Positions 8,959 to 18,211 of a DNA stretch of 64,000 bases are shown piece after piece. A model generated the notes under the pieces. The model saw only the letters and a program-made list of their open reading frames with translations. It was not told the origin of the DNA and made no database searches. Each line of letters starts with the position of its first letter. Positions within the stretch are counted from its first letter, which is position 1. Source of the DNA: a bacterium (GTDB lineage: Bacteria; UBA8248); NCBI GenBank assembly GCA_965204535.1, contig CBDBEV010000001.1:1120001-1184000 (forward strand). Direction: 5' to 3'. The position numbers and the translations under genes were made by a program.

Positions 8959-10068
8959 TCAACAACCCCCTGACTGCCCGGCTCCCTTTAGAGCCGCCAG
9001 GATTCTATCCCTCGCCTCCCGGTGCGCCTCACACCCGATAACCTCGAGCATCTCCGCGCGCCAGTTCGGGCGGCAGTAGCTCTCCTTGAGCCTGCGTATC
9101 CGATCCGATGAGGCTTCTTCCTGTTCCAGGGGGAGGTCTCCTTCCCGGATCGTCCGTGTGATAGCGTCGCAGGCCGCCTCTTGCGCGTCTTCCAAGTGGC
9201 AGATGAGGGCGATGTCGGCCCCGGAGAGGATGCTTTGAAGCGCGGCCTCTGCGGGGTCGTCTATCGCGCCCATGTCCAGGTCGTCGGTGATGGAGAGGCC
9301 CCGGAAACCGAGTTCTCCCCGCAGGATGTTTTGGAGAAAAACCGGGGACAGGCTCGCAGGAGTCGTTTCGTCTATGGCCTCGAAAACGGCGTGGGCGGCC
9401 ATGACGCAGGCGGGCGGCGCGCGGCGGATCAAGTGTTGAAAGGGTTTCAACTCGCGCGTTCTTAAATCTTGGAGCGTGAGGCGTGAGGCCGGCAGCACCT
9501 CGTGTGGGTCGGGCGCCATGTCGCCGATGCCGGGGAAATGCTTGGCGCACGCGGCGACGCCCTCCTCCTGAAGGCCGGTGGTTACGGACGCGCCCATCAG
9601 TCCGACGACTTCCGGCGTTTCGCCAAAGGCGCGGTCGCCGATGACGGCGCATTCGGGGTCCGTGAGGATGTCCGCGACGGGCGCGAAGTTGACGTTCACG
9701 CCTATGGCCTCTAATTCAGCGCCAGTGACCCTTGCCGCCTCTCGCGCGAGGGCGGGTTCGCCCGCGTCCCCGAAGCCCCGCGCCGCCGGGAAGGTCGTGA
9801 AATCGTCCGACAGCCGGCTCACGCGCCCGCCTTCCTGGTCGATTCCGATGAGAAGGGGGGCTTCGAGCGGCGAGGCGAGGGCGGCTTCTTGCAAGGTGGC
9901 GATGAGGGCGGCGGTCTGCGCGGCGGACTCGATGTTCCGCCCGAAGAGGATGACGCCGCCGACTCTCCCCGCGCGGACGCGCGCCAGGAGCGAGGCCGGG
10001 GCGGCGGTTCCCTCGAAACCGGCCATGATGCGCTGACCGGCCCTGGCCTCCGGCGTCTCCTCACTCAT
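8959..10068 (-). CDS. nagZ: Beta-N-acetylhexosaminidase (GH3, NagZ-like)
   Basis: GGVILFGRN, IDQEGGRVSRL, NFAPVAD, KHFPGIG, DPH, ITDDLDMGA; extreme C-terminus runs into the MITE end. Confidence 0.88.
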   Translation of the reverse strand: MSEETPEARAGQRIMAGFEGTAAPASLLARVRAGRVGGVILFGRNIESAAQTAALIATLQEAALASPLEAPLLIGIDQEGGRVSRLSDDFTTFPAARGFGDAGEPALAREAARVTGAELEAIGVNVNFAPVADILTDPECAVIGDRAFGETPEVVGLMGASVTTGLQEEGVAACAKHFPGIGDMAPDPHEVLPASRLTLQDLRTRELKPFQHLIRRAPPACVMAAHAVFEAIDETTPASLSPVFLQNILRGELGFRGLSITDDLDMGAIDDPAEAALQSILSGADIALICHLEDAQEAACDAITRTIREGDLPLEQEEASSDRIRRLKESYCRPNWRAEMLEVIGCEAHREARDRILAALKGAGQSGGC

Positions 10069-10075
10069 GCGCGCC

Positions 10076-10768
10076 CTAGCCTTCGCGCATCCGCGTGATG
10101 ACGAACGACTCCGCTATCGGGAAGCCCGCCGCGCGGCCTGCGTCTTCAAGCCGCTGGCGCGTGCGCTTCTCGAAGGCTTCGGGGTTTTTGATCTGGCACT
10201 TGTGCGCGCACACCGCGCGGACTTTCACGTCGAAGGTCTCCGTGATGTCCACGAAGAAATTCGGCTCGCGCGTGTTGAGAAAGAGCAGGTTCTTCGTGTG
10301 GTGCGCGCCGATGCCGGCGTAGGTGAGTTCGGGCAGGAAATGGTGGTCCCGCGCATAGACCACCGCCTTGAACGTGGCGTGGCCGATGGCCTGGTGGTCG
10401 GGGTGCTGGTAGTAGGTGCGCCAGGGGTCGTGGGTGAGGATGGTGTCGGGCTTGAAGTGGCGTATCAGGAAGGCGATCTGGTTCCGGAACGCGCGCGTGT
10501 CCTCGAGTTCCCCGTCGCGGTGGCGCAGGAACAGCGTCTCCTCGACGCCGAGGATGCGGGAGGCTTCGAGTTGTTCCGCCTCGCGGATCCTGGCGAGGTC
10601 GAAGGGGCTGACCTCATCTTTCGTGCCCTTGTCCCCGTTCGTGCAGACGACCGTCCGCACGGTCGCGCCCTCCCGCGTCCAGCGGGCGATACTGCCTCCC
10701 GCGGACAGTTCCGCATCGTCGGGGTGGGCGACGACGACGAGTATTTCCCTAAACTCTTCTTGACTCAA
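10076..10768 (-). CDS. PIG-L/LmbE-family N-acetylglucosaminyl deacetylase (BshB/MshB-like)
   Basis: AHPDD, TNGDKG, HPDH, AHKCQ motifs. Confidence 0.9.
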   Translation of the reverse strand: MSQEEFREILVVVAHPDDAELSAGGSIARWTREGATVRTVVCTNGDKGTKDEVSPFDLARIREAEQLEASRILGVEETLFLRHRDGELEDTRAFRNQIAFLIRHFKPDTILTHDPWRTYYQHPDHQAIGHATFKAVVYARDHHFLPELTYAGIGAHHTKNLLFLNTREPNFFVDITETFDVKVRAVCAHKCQIKNPEAFEKRTRQRLEDAGRAAGFPIAESFVITRMREG

Positions 10769-10786
10769 TTCCGTTTCCTTCCGTGT

Positions 10787-12091
10787 CTATGAAGCGTGTG
10801 GTGATGAGAGCGCGGCCCCCTGGCGCAGGCGCGCCCAGATATCGAGTTCCGCCTCCGCGACCCGCCTCCAGGCGAACGATTCCGCCCATTCAAGCGCCGC
10901 TCGATTGGGACGCTCACGGGGGTTTTCGAGGGCTTGGATCATCTTCTGTGCATAGGCGTGAATATCGCCGTCCGCGATGAGGTGGCCGCTTTTGCCCTCA
11001 CTCACCGCCTGGGAGAGGCCTCCCACATCGAAGGCGAGCGTCGGCAGTCCGCACGCGGCCGCCTCGACAGCCGTCATGCCGAAGCTCTCGTAGCGCGAGG
11101 GCAACGCGAAGACGTCGGCGGCGGAATAATAAAGCGGCAAATCCTCCTGCGGCTTCGCGCCCAGGAAGGTGATGCGGTCCGCGATTCCGAGTTTGCCTGC
11201 CAGGTCTTCCAGACGCGCGACTTCCGCCCCCTGGGCGGGAGAGGCGAAATCCGCTGCGCGATAGCTTGCCCCGGCTCTCACCGCGCCTTCTTTTATCTCA
11301 CCGCCCAGGTGCAAAAGACGCGCATCGAGTTCCGGTCGTTCTTTGTGCATGACGGCGAAGGTCTCGACGAGTCGGTCGAGACCCTTCACGCGCTCGATGC
11401 GGCCCACACTCAGGATGTATGCGGGGTCGGGCTTGAGACCCAGCCGCGCGCGCGCCTCGGCTTTTGGATGGGGTCTGAACGTATCGGGGTCCACGCCGCA
11501 GGGGACGACGTGGATTTCCGACCCGCCCGATATTTCGCTGATTGCGCGCGCCTCGGCGGGCGATGAGGCCAGAACCGCGTCCGCCGCTCCCGCAAGCCGG
11601 GGTTCGCTCGCCAGCCGCATATCCGACTCGCGCCTTGTGTCACGCGGCAGCGCGTCGTTTTTAAGCGCGGCCAGGGTGTGGAAGCGGAGAGCGAGGGGAA
11701 CGCCCCACGTTTTGGCGAGCATCTCGCCCGCAAGGCCCGAAAGCCAGTAGTGGGCGGAAACGCCGTCGTAGGAGATTCCGTTTTCTTGCGCGAATGCGAG
11801 TATTCCCTCAGCGAAGGCGTCGGCGTGTTCGACTTGCGCGTCCTTATCGAGTCTTATCCTGGGCCCCGCCTCGACCCGGATGAGGCGGGCCCCCGCCGCG
11901 ATGGAGACCTCTCTGGCGGACGAGTCCGACTCCAGTCGTGTGAAGACGTCCGCACCGACGCCCAAGCTTGCGAGCGCCTTCGCCACCTCGCGGGCGTAGA
12001 CGTTCATCCCGCCCGTGAAGTCGCCCCCCAGGGGAGCCAAGGGGTCGGTGTGCATCGAGAGGATGGCGAGACGGGCGGCCTCGGGCCTCAT
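10787..12091 (-). CDS. GT4 glycosyltransferase, MshA-like
   Basis: SMHTDPLAPLGG..TGGMNVY, HYWLSG, FHTLA, VGRIERVKG, SRYESFGMTAVEA. Confidence 0.88.
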   Translation of the reverse strand: MRPEAARLAILSMHTDPLAPLGGDFTGGMNVYAREVAKALASLGVGADVFTRLESDSSAREVSIAAGARLIRVEAGPRIRLDKDAQVEHADAFAEGILAFAQENGISYDGVSAHYWLSGLAGEMLAKTWGVPLALRFHTLAALKNDALPRDTRRESDMRLASEPRLAGAADAVLASSPAEARAISEISGGSEIHVVPCGVDPDTFRPHPKAEARARLGLKPDPAYILSVGRIERVKGLDRLVETFAVMHKERPELDARLLHLGGEIKEGAVRAGASYRAADFASPAQGAEVARLEDLAGKLGIADRITFLGAKPQEDLPLYYSAADVFALPSRYESFGMTAVEAAACGLPTLAFDVGGLSQAVSEGKSGHLIADGDIHAYAQKMIQALENPRERPNRAALEWAESFAWRRVAEAELDIWARLRQGAALSSPHAS

Positions 12092-13107
12092 CGCGCGCTC
12101 CTCTCGATTTGGATGCGCATCACGCGCTCATCCTGTGCGCCGAAGCGGTACTTGTAGGCCTCATCGCCCCTCAAGAGGTCGAAGCTGGAGCGCCCCGCCT
12201 GAATCGCTTCTTCCACGTTGTGGGCGAGCAGCACCAGTCCCCCGCTCAGTTCGTGCTCCACCGGGTCGAAGCCCGAGTTGTAGAGATATATCCTGTCGCC
12301 GTAATCGAAAGAGAGATTGGCCGCGACGGGGTGGCCGTCCACGCGCATGATCGAAAGTTCCAGGCAGCCGAGTTCGAGCATCGCCCGGGTCACGTCTTCG
12401 AAAAAGGCCCTCCTGTCCGCGTTCCAGAAGTCCGCCTTCTCCGGCTGGCTCAGCGCATGGAGAGTGATGAAGTCTTCCAGATCGGAGGCGAGCGCGTCCG
12501 CCGATTCCGTCCGCTCGTATTCCAGCCCTGCCTCCATGTTGGCCTTGCGTATCTTCCGCCTCAGGTCGCGCTCGTCTTTCGGCGCGAGCATCCCGGTGTA
12601 TTCATCCCACGAGTCGGGAAGCGCGATGACGGGACAGACTTCTTCTTCTGTCACCGAGGCCGCCCCGCCCGCCAACTCCTCTATCGCCGCGACCGTGGGG
12701 GAGGTTTCGGGAATTCCGCGCAGGGAGAGTTCACGCCAATCGGGCGCGTCCGCTTCTTCAAGGACGGCGAGAACCGCCCGCCAGCAGGCGAGGTGCGCCC
12801 CGTCCGCGGCGATGATGTCGAGGTAATCGGAGAGGTCGTCCCCGCCCGTCAGGCGCAGCCGCCCGCCCTCGCTCAGGACGAAGGGCGCCACGCCCGTGAG
12901 CGCGCCGTTCTCATCGCGCAGGGCGTAGACGCGGAGTTCGCCCGCGCCGAAGTTCCGCCACCACGCGGCGTGCCACGCGGGGTCGTAGAACGGGTGCGCG
13001 TGGGCGGAGCGCGCCATCAGCGCGCGCCATTCGGCTTCCAGACCCGTGAACGCCTCGGGCGAGGTGAATGTTTCTATCTGCAATGAGGAGCATGAGCTTT
13101 GCGACAT
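12088..13107 (-). CDS. CelD/BcsL-family GNAT acetyltransferase
   Basis: W..WW..F, SDYLD, YLYNSGFDP, FDLLRGDEAYKYRFG. Confidence 0.85.
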   Translation of the reverse strand: MSQSSCSSLQIETFTSPEAFTGLEAEWRALMARSAHAHPFYDPAWHAAWWRNFGAGELRVYALRDENGALTGVAPFVLSEGGRLRLTGGDDLSDYLDIIAADGAHLACWRAVLAVLEEADAPDWRELSLRGIPETSPTVAAIEELAGGAASVTEEEVCPVIALPDSWDEYTGMLAPKDERDLRRKIRKANMEAGLEYERTESADALASDLEDFITLHALSQPEKADFWNADRRAFFEDVTRAMLELGCLELSIMRVDGHPVAANLSFDYGDRIYLYNSGFDPVEHELSGGLVLLAHNVEEAIQAGRSSFDLLRGDEAYKYRFGAQDERVMRIQIERSAR

Positions 13108-13157
13108 CGGGATTCCTTCGCATCCATCGCGCCCGCGGGCGCGCGTTGATTCCGCCG

Positions 13158-13751
13158 CTACGCGAACTCAAGACCTACGAACGTGGCCGTCGGGTGTCCC
13201 TCCAGGGGGTCCGAGAGGTTCGAGCGGCTGAAGACGAAAAACCGGTTGTAGTAGAGCGTCTGAAACTGGAGGAAGCCCGCCTTGTCCACGCCGCGCCTCG
13301 AAGCCGTGTTGCTCGCCTCCACGAAGATGAGAGAGCGCGCGAGACCCAGCCCCTCGGCGTATTCGAGCGCGCGCCTGAGCACGGCGGGATAGAGGTTCCG
13401 CCCCCGCCAGGGCTCCAGCGTGAAGGCGTCGTAGAGATAGATTTCCTTGGCGTCGGGCTTCACGGCCTTGTCGATCTCCTCCACGCCCACCACGCCGCGC
13501 GCGCCCCAGATGTAGCTCACCGCCTTGCCGTCCTCCAGTGCGACGAAGCACTTCTCGCCCCGCTCGAAGCGCCGCGCCGTCAGGCTCTCGCCCTGGACGT
13601 CGGTGATGAGGTGGCGGTTCTCCGACGCGGCTTCGAGGATGATGTGCTCGACTTCAATCCTCGCCTCGCTCGGCGGTATTTCTTCGGTGTGCAGAAAGTC
13701 GTAGAGACAAAGCTCCACCGACATGAGGAACGTGTTTTTGAGGAAATCCAA
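13158..13751 (-). CDS. GNAT-family N-acetyltransferase
   Basis: YLYDAFTLEPWRGRNLY, N.ASRR..KAGF. Confidence 0.8.
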   Translation of the reverse strand: MDFLKNTFLMSVELCLYDFLHTEEIPPSEARIEVEHIILEAASENRHLITDVQGESLTARRFERGEKCFVALEDGKAVSYIWGARGVVGVEEIDKAVKPDAKEIYLYDAFTLEPWRGRNLYPAVLRRALEYAEGLGLARSLIFVEASNTASRRGVDKAGFLQFQTLYYNRFFVFSRSNLSDPLEGHPTATFVGLEFA

Positions 13752-13766
13752 AAGGGAATGACTCCT

Positions 13767-14789
13767 TTACTTGAGAAGCGCGTCCAGGTAAGGCTTGAGC
13801 GAAGCATGAAGAGGCCCCAAGTCCCTCCTTTTTTCGAAATGTTTCTCCACCATCCGGACGGTATGCGGAATGCTCTCCAGATAGCGTTCCGCCCCGCGGG
13901 CCGCCTTTTGATAGGCGAACGTGCCGATGGCTTTCAGGTTTCGTTGTATGGCTGTCCCGCGCAGGGCGCGTTCGTATTCTTCTTTAGCCGAGAAGAGGCG
14001 TTGGCCGCAAGTCTCCCAGTAGCGATTGATGAGGTAATCCTGTGCGCCGACTCCCAAATCGACGTAGCTGTCGAAGACGAGAGAGGCCAAATCGTAGGTA
14101 GCCGGTCCCATGCGCGCGTCCTGAAAATCGATGGCGATCACCGCATCACCCAGCACCATCAGGTTCCTGCTGTGGTAGTCGCGGTGCGTGAGGCGAAAGG
14201 GAATCCGGCAGATTTCCCCGCACAATTCGCGAAAGGCTGAATCCAGCGCGTGCTCATCCGTCGCCATCCCCAGAAGTTTCTCGAAAGCGTATTTGCGCGT
14301 GTGGTGGAGTTCGTTCGTGAAAAATTCCGCGTCGAAGCGCCGCGCCAGCGCGATTCTCCCGCCTGCGGACGAGGTCGGCGCCTCCTGCATAAGGGTCATC
14401 ATATCGAGCGCGGCGTCGTAAAACGGCCTGGCTTCCTCCCATCCCCCGCCTCGCCATGCGTCTTCGAGCGATTCATCGCCGCAGTCTTCCAGGAGGATCA
14501 CGCCCGCCGCCTCGTCCATCCCGAAAATCTCAGGGACCCTGACGCCGATCTCACCAAAATGCGCGCACACGTCGATGAAGGGGAGCGTCTCTTTCGTGAA
14601 GGGCTCGGGCATGATCATGCCGACCGAACTCGGCCGCGAACCGCCAGGGTGAGTGAGGCGGGCGTAGTCGCGCGTCGAGGCGTCGCCCGGAAGCGGCGTG
14701 AGCGAAGAGACCCCGGCGCCGAAATAATCCTGCGCCAGTGTTTTCAGTCGCTCGTGCGCACGGGTCTGCTCCGCGAGGTTCGCCTTCAT
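13767..14789 (-). CDS. APH-family sugar kinase, AmgK-like (anomeric MurNAc/GlcNAc kinase)
   Basis: GDASTRDYAR, LLEDCGD, HRDYHSRNLM, IDFQDARMGP..YDLASL, QRNLKAIGTF; ATG overlaps upstream TGA. Confidence 0.85.
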   Translation of the reverse strand: MKANLAEQTRAHERLKTLAQDYFGAGVSSLTPLPGDASTRDYARLTHPGGSRPSSVGMIMPEPFTKETLPFIDVCAHFGEIGVRVPEIFGMDEAAGVILLEDCGDESLEDAWRGGGWEEARPFYDAALDMMTLMQEAPTSSAGGRIALARRFDAEFFTNELHHTRKYAFEKLLGMATDEHALDSAFRELCGEICRIPFRLTHRDYHSRNLMVLGDAVIAIDFQDARMGPATYDLASLVFDSYVDLGVGAQDYLINRYWETCGQRLFSAKEEYERALRGTAIQRNLKAIGTFAYQKAARGAERYLESIPHTVRMVEKHFEKRRDLGPLHASLKPYLDALLK

Positions 14790-15637
14790 GCGGGACTCGG
14801 CTTGATATGTGGAGTGAGCGTCTTCATGGCGCGCGCCGCTGCGGCCAGCGTCTCGGCGTAAGGCTCGTCTTTTCTTCTGAGTTCGAGCGCGAGCGTTCCC
14901 GAGTAGCCATCCGCATCGAGCGCCACGAAGAAAGAGGCCCACTCGAACGCGCCCTCGCCGGGTATCAGGTGCGCGTCGCTTCGCCCGTCGTTGTCGTGCA
15001 AGTGCGCCGCGATGCACATGGGCGCCAGCCGCTCGACGGCCTTTTGGGTCTTATCTCCCTCGGTGATGAGGGCGTGGCCGGTATCGATGCAGATTTTGAG
15101 CCTCGGGTGGTCGATGCGGGAGACGAAATCGGCGAGCGGCTCCGCGCGGCCCAGGGCGGAGGGGATGTTCTCAAGCGCAAGGATGGCGTCGGTCTCCTCC
15201 GCCACTGGGAGAAGCCGCGTGATGCTCGCTTCCAGCGCCTCGCAGGTGTCCCCGTCCCCCGCTTTACCCGGCGCGCTCGGATGGATCACGGCGACGCGCG
15301 CGCCCAGGGGGCGGAAGGCGCGCAGGGCGCTTGTCGTTTTCTGGAGCGCTTCTGCGCGGGCATCTGCATCTGGATCAGCGAGGGAGAGCCAGCGTCCTTT
15401 TCTGGCCTCGCTTAAATCCGCATAAAAAGGCGCATGGAAGGAGGATACGGAAAGGGAGAGATCGTTCATCCAGCCTTTGAGCGATTCAAGCCTGTCTTCG
15501 TCCTCCACGTCGAAATTGGGCGTCATCGCCCACAACTCGATTTTCGAGAAACCGGCCTCGGCCGCTTCTTTTAAGTGCTCGAAGCGGAGAGATTCATAGG
15601 CGAACAGGTGCGCGGAGAGGGCGTAGTCGGATGCCAA
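14786..15637 (-). CDS. Sugar phosphate isomerase/epimerase (AP endonuclease 2 TIM barrel)
   Basis: HAPF, LALEN, CIDTGHA, HLHDNDGRSDAHLIPGEG, LEL. Confidence 0.85.
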   Translation of the reverse strand: MASDYALSAHLFAYESLRFEHLKEAAEAGFSKIELWAMTPNFDVEDEDRLESLKGWMNDLSLSVSSFHAPFYADLSEARKGRWLSLADPDADARAEALQKTTSALRAFRPLGARVAVIHPSAPGKAGDGDTCEALEASITRLLPVAEETDAILALENIPSALGRAEPLADFVSRIDHPRLKICIDTGHALITEGDKTQKAVERLAPMCIAAHLHDNDGRSDAHLIPGEGAFEWASFFVALDADGYSGTLALELRRKDEPYAETLAAAARAMKTLTPHIKPSPA

Positions 15638-15731
15638 GGGATTTCCTTCGGCGAGGGGGCGGTGAAGTCCGCTTGATGGGGCGCGATTATACGCCCTTCA
15701 AGATAAGAGCGGCAACGCGGGGACGGATGCG

Positions 15732-15890
15732 GGGGGTGTTGGAAAAGCCCCCCGATGTGGGAAAACCACCGTCATTCCGGCGGAAGCCGGAATGACGAAC
15801 AAAGCCGAATCGCATCTGTAGCGGACGGGCCCCTGTGCCTGTCCGAGGTCACGACCTGTCCCTGCGGGGTCGGTGGCCGGAATGACGAGT
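15732..15890. repeat. IS1182-type left end followed by CGTC- and GTAG-type REP palindromes
   Basis: GGGGTGTTGGAAAAGCCCC; CGTCATTCCGGCGGAAGCCGGAATGACG (15770); GTAGCGGACGGGCCCCTGTGCCTGTCCG (15818). Confidence 0.65.
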
Positions 15891-15925
15891 GTTGTGATCT
15901 CTCCGAAAGGATGGCGTAGGGGCGC

Positions 15926-16007
15926 TTCGTCAAGCGTCAGAAGAACGATGCGGCCGATGCGGAGGCGATCTGCGAGGCGTGGGAACTGGTCCCGCCCGAC
16001 GATGCGC
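15926..16007 (+). pseudogene. IS110-family transposase micro-fragment
   Basis: FVKRQKNDAADAEAICEA then RPTMR in a shifted frame, the hallmark IS110/IS1111 DEDD motif. Confidence 0.7.
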
Positions 16008-16724
16008 TCAAAGGCCCGAGAGGCCGTACATCGCCACGGCCGCCGCAACGATGCTCGAAAGCACTGTCACCACGCCGCAGAGGCGGCGTAGAAAAACTCC
16101 TGTTCCCCGACCGCTTCCGGAAGGGAACATGCGGCTTGTCAGGCCGGGCGCGAACGTGGCCGCCGCCAGTGTGAAGGCAGCGGCGCCCATCCACAGGAAC
16201 CCCGCGTCCGCCCCGCCGCCGGCCCACAGATACAGCAGGGTTATTCCCGAAAACGCCTGGAACGCGAGCCAGAACATCCCCTGGAGCAAGACGGAGAAAT
16301 CCCCTTCCAGGTACCGCTCGCCGCGGCCCTCCAGGGCGCGCGACGCAGCCGCGGCCGCACGGGCACGCCACGCTTTATCCCCTCCCTCCGCTCCTGTGCG
16401 CAGGAAGTCGAACAACCACAGGCGGCGGTACTCGATATCGATGTGCTGTCCCCCGTCATAAATCCGCACGTGGTAGCTTCTGATCACGTCAAGCAGGGGC
16501 GCATGTTTGCGCTTCATCTCCTCGATTATGCTCTCCACGCTCTCGAACTCGCGCCGCGCCCAGCCGGGGAAATGCACCGTGTACCGGGCGAGTACCACGC
16601 CGGGTTCGTCGAACTCCTCCGCCAGGATCGAGCAGACCTCGTCCATCGCATCGGGGTTCAAGGGAACCGGAGCGGGTTTCTCCGGGGGCCGGGGCCATTT
16701 GCGCACGAGGTACCACTTGCGCAT
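16008..16724 (-). CDS. Hypothetical membrane protein (soluble N-terminus, 3 C-terminal TM helices)
   Basis: GAGGAG SD before ATG 16724; GC3-biased codons; hydrophobic C-terminal helices. Confidence 0.55.
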   Translation of the reverse strand: MRKWYLVRKWPRPPEKPAPVPLNPDAMDEVCSILAEEFDEPGVVLARYTVHFPGWARREFESVESIIEEMKRKHAPLLDVIRSYHVRIYDGGQHIDIEYRRLWLFDFLRTGAEGGDKAWRARAAAAASRALEGRGERYLEGDFSVLLQGMFWLAFQAFSGITLLYLWAGGGADAGFLWMGAAAFTLAAATFAPGLTSRMFPSGSGRGTGVFLRRLCGVVTVLSSIVAAAVAMYGLSGL

Positions 16725-16942
16725 GAGGGGTTCGCTCCTCGCGGGCGGTAGTAAGCTTCTCCAAGCCTGCCACACCCGGCAGAGGAGGGAAAGCACCCCC
16801 GTCCTCGTGCGGTCGCCTCCCTGCAAAGGAACGAAGGAGCCATGGCGGTTCACATACACCCGAAGCCGTTAAATTCGGACCGTCGGCAGGCCGGACCCCG
16901 GGGGAGGGTTTCAGGAAATCCGGCACGGGTAACCGATGGGAT

Positions 16943-17090
16943 GTGCGCCAGGCTAACTGGTGCGAGTGCAGCCGGTGAGAGTCCGGCGGGAGGGAGAAGG
17001 CCAGCCACCACCTCCACCCGAGTCATGGGCCGCTACCCGCGAGGGTGGGGGTCAAGCGTTGACGGGGGCGCGTGCGTGCGGGGCTATCGA
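16943..17090 (+). mobile_element. Group II intron 5' (domain I) remnant
   Basis: Starts GTGCG; GGTGAGAGTCC, GCCACCAC, CCCGAGTCATG, CGCGAGG, AAGCGTTGACGGGGG motifs in the order seen in bacterial group II domain I; no RT ORF or domain V. Confidence 0.6.
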
Positions 17091-17212
17091 TACGTCCCCT
17101 GCGCTATCTCGACCCGTAGATTATCGTCATTCCAGCGTCATCCCCGACCAAAGAGAGGGGAGGGGGGATACGGAAGTTTCGTCTTTTGCTTTCGTAGGGA
17201 CAGGAGAACGTC

Positions 17213-17506
17213 ATGTCGAACGGGGAAGCCGAGGCGCTCTTGAGCGATGAGGCGCTTTATGATCGCGCCGATGCGGAGGGGGGCGAGTCCTTTCCCGCCA
17301 AGGTCGTGGATCGCCTTCTGGCCGGTCAAAACCCCATTCGCGTTTATCGGGACCATCGCGGTATGACGCAGGGCGCTCTGGCCGCCGCAGCCGGTATCCA
17401 CCCGGTCTACCTCTCCCAAATCGAGACGGGCAAGCGTACAGGCTCGGCGAAGACGCTCGCCGCCATCGCCGAGACCCTGGGCGTCGCCGTGGACGACCTG
17501 ATTTAG
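17213..17506 (+). CDS. XRE-family HTH protein (antitoxin-like)
   Basis: NPIRVYRDHRGMTQGALAAAAGI...YLSQIETGKRTGS. Confidence 0.85.
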   Translation: MSNGEAEALLSDEALYDRADAEGGESFPAKVVDRLLAGQNPIRVYRDHRGMTQGALAAAAGIHPVYLSQIETGKRTGSAKTLAAIAETLGVAVDDLI

Positions 17507-17527
17507 GGGAGCGGGGTACCCTGTAGT

Positions 17528-17555
17528 GTAGGGGTCGTTCGCGAACGACCCCTGC
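17528..17555. repeat. GTAG-REP palindrome, identical to 18393-18420
   Basis: GTAGGGGTCGTTCGCGAACGACCCCTGC. Confidence 0.9.
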
Positions 17556-18211
17556 TAATCCGGGTTCTCGCCGACCCGGGGATAGGCGACCTTTCCCCAT
17601 TTCGACCCTGGGTTTTCCTCCATAACGTCGAGAATCGCCGGGACGATGTCCTCCATGATCTGGCGGCCTTGTTCGAGTTGTGTCCGCCCCCAACCTTCCT
17701 GAAACGTCATGCCCCCGTGGAAGACCTGGTTGCGCAGTTGATACAGCCGCCAGAAAATTTCCCGGAAAACGCCGAATATATTCTCGCTTTCCAGGTGTTC
17801 CCAAAAGCCGTCGTTTTTCCGCTTGAATTGCGCGTGCCAGTCCACGCCCCCCGGCTCGTCGCGTACCCACTGCCAGAACGCTTTGAATGCGTACCGATTA
17901 TCCAGAATATCCTGGATCTGCTCGTTATAGGTTTCCAGAAGAATACTCTTTATCTTCTTCCCGTTCCGCTCATCGTGGTATATGACCTTTCTCAAGAATG
18001 TATTGATCCTTTGGGTCTCGTTGGGGCCACCCCCATCCGCGCCGCTCGGCTCGCCGCCATAGGCCGCGTTGAACGCGATCCACAGGCAGATGAATTTCTC
18101 CTCATCGGATTCGACATTCTTGCTCTGTGCCAGCCAACTCCGCGCTCTTCGCATCCGGTGCTCGTTGTGTTCGCTTTGGGGTATCTCGTCGCTGGTTCGG
18201 GTCATCGCCAT
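17555..18211 (-). CDS. HEPN-domain protein (putative RNase)
   Basis: FICLWIAFNAAY and LYQLRNQVFHGG (Rx4H HEPN motif). Confidence 0.8.
   Translation of the reverse strand: MAMTRTSDEIPQSEHNEHRMRRARSWLAQSKNVESDEEKFICLWIAFNAAYGGEPSGADGGGPNETQRINTFLRKVIYHDERNGKKIKSILLETYNEQIQDILDNRYAFKAFWQWVRDEPGGVDWHAQFKRKNDGFWEHLESENIFGVFREIFWRLYQLRNQVFHGGMTFQEGWGRTQLEQGRQIMEDIVPAILDVMEENPGSKWGKVAYPRVGENPD

Larger units (their letters stand above)
7115..8969. mobile_element. Outer IS1182-ended MITE carrying a palindromic REP unit and the nested IS
   Basis: Ends GGGGCTGTTGAAAAAGTCC (7115) and GGACTTTTTCAACAACCCC (8969); flanks TTGAC / CTGAC. Confidence 0.7.

Noticed and set aside
15926-17210. Functional IS110 bridge-RNA system or active group II intron
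   Set aside because: Only an ~80-bp transposase fragment and an intron 5' remnant; no full recombinase, RT or domain V
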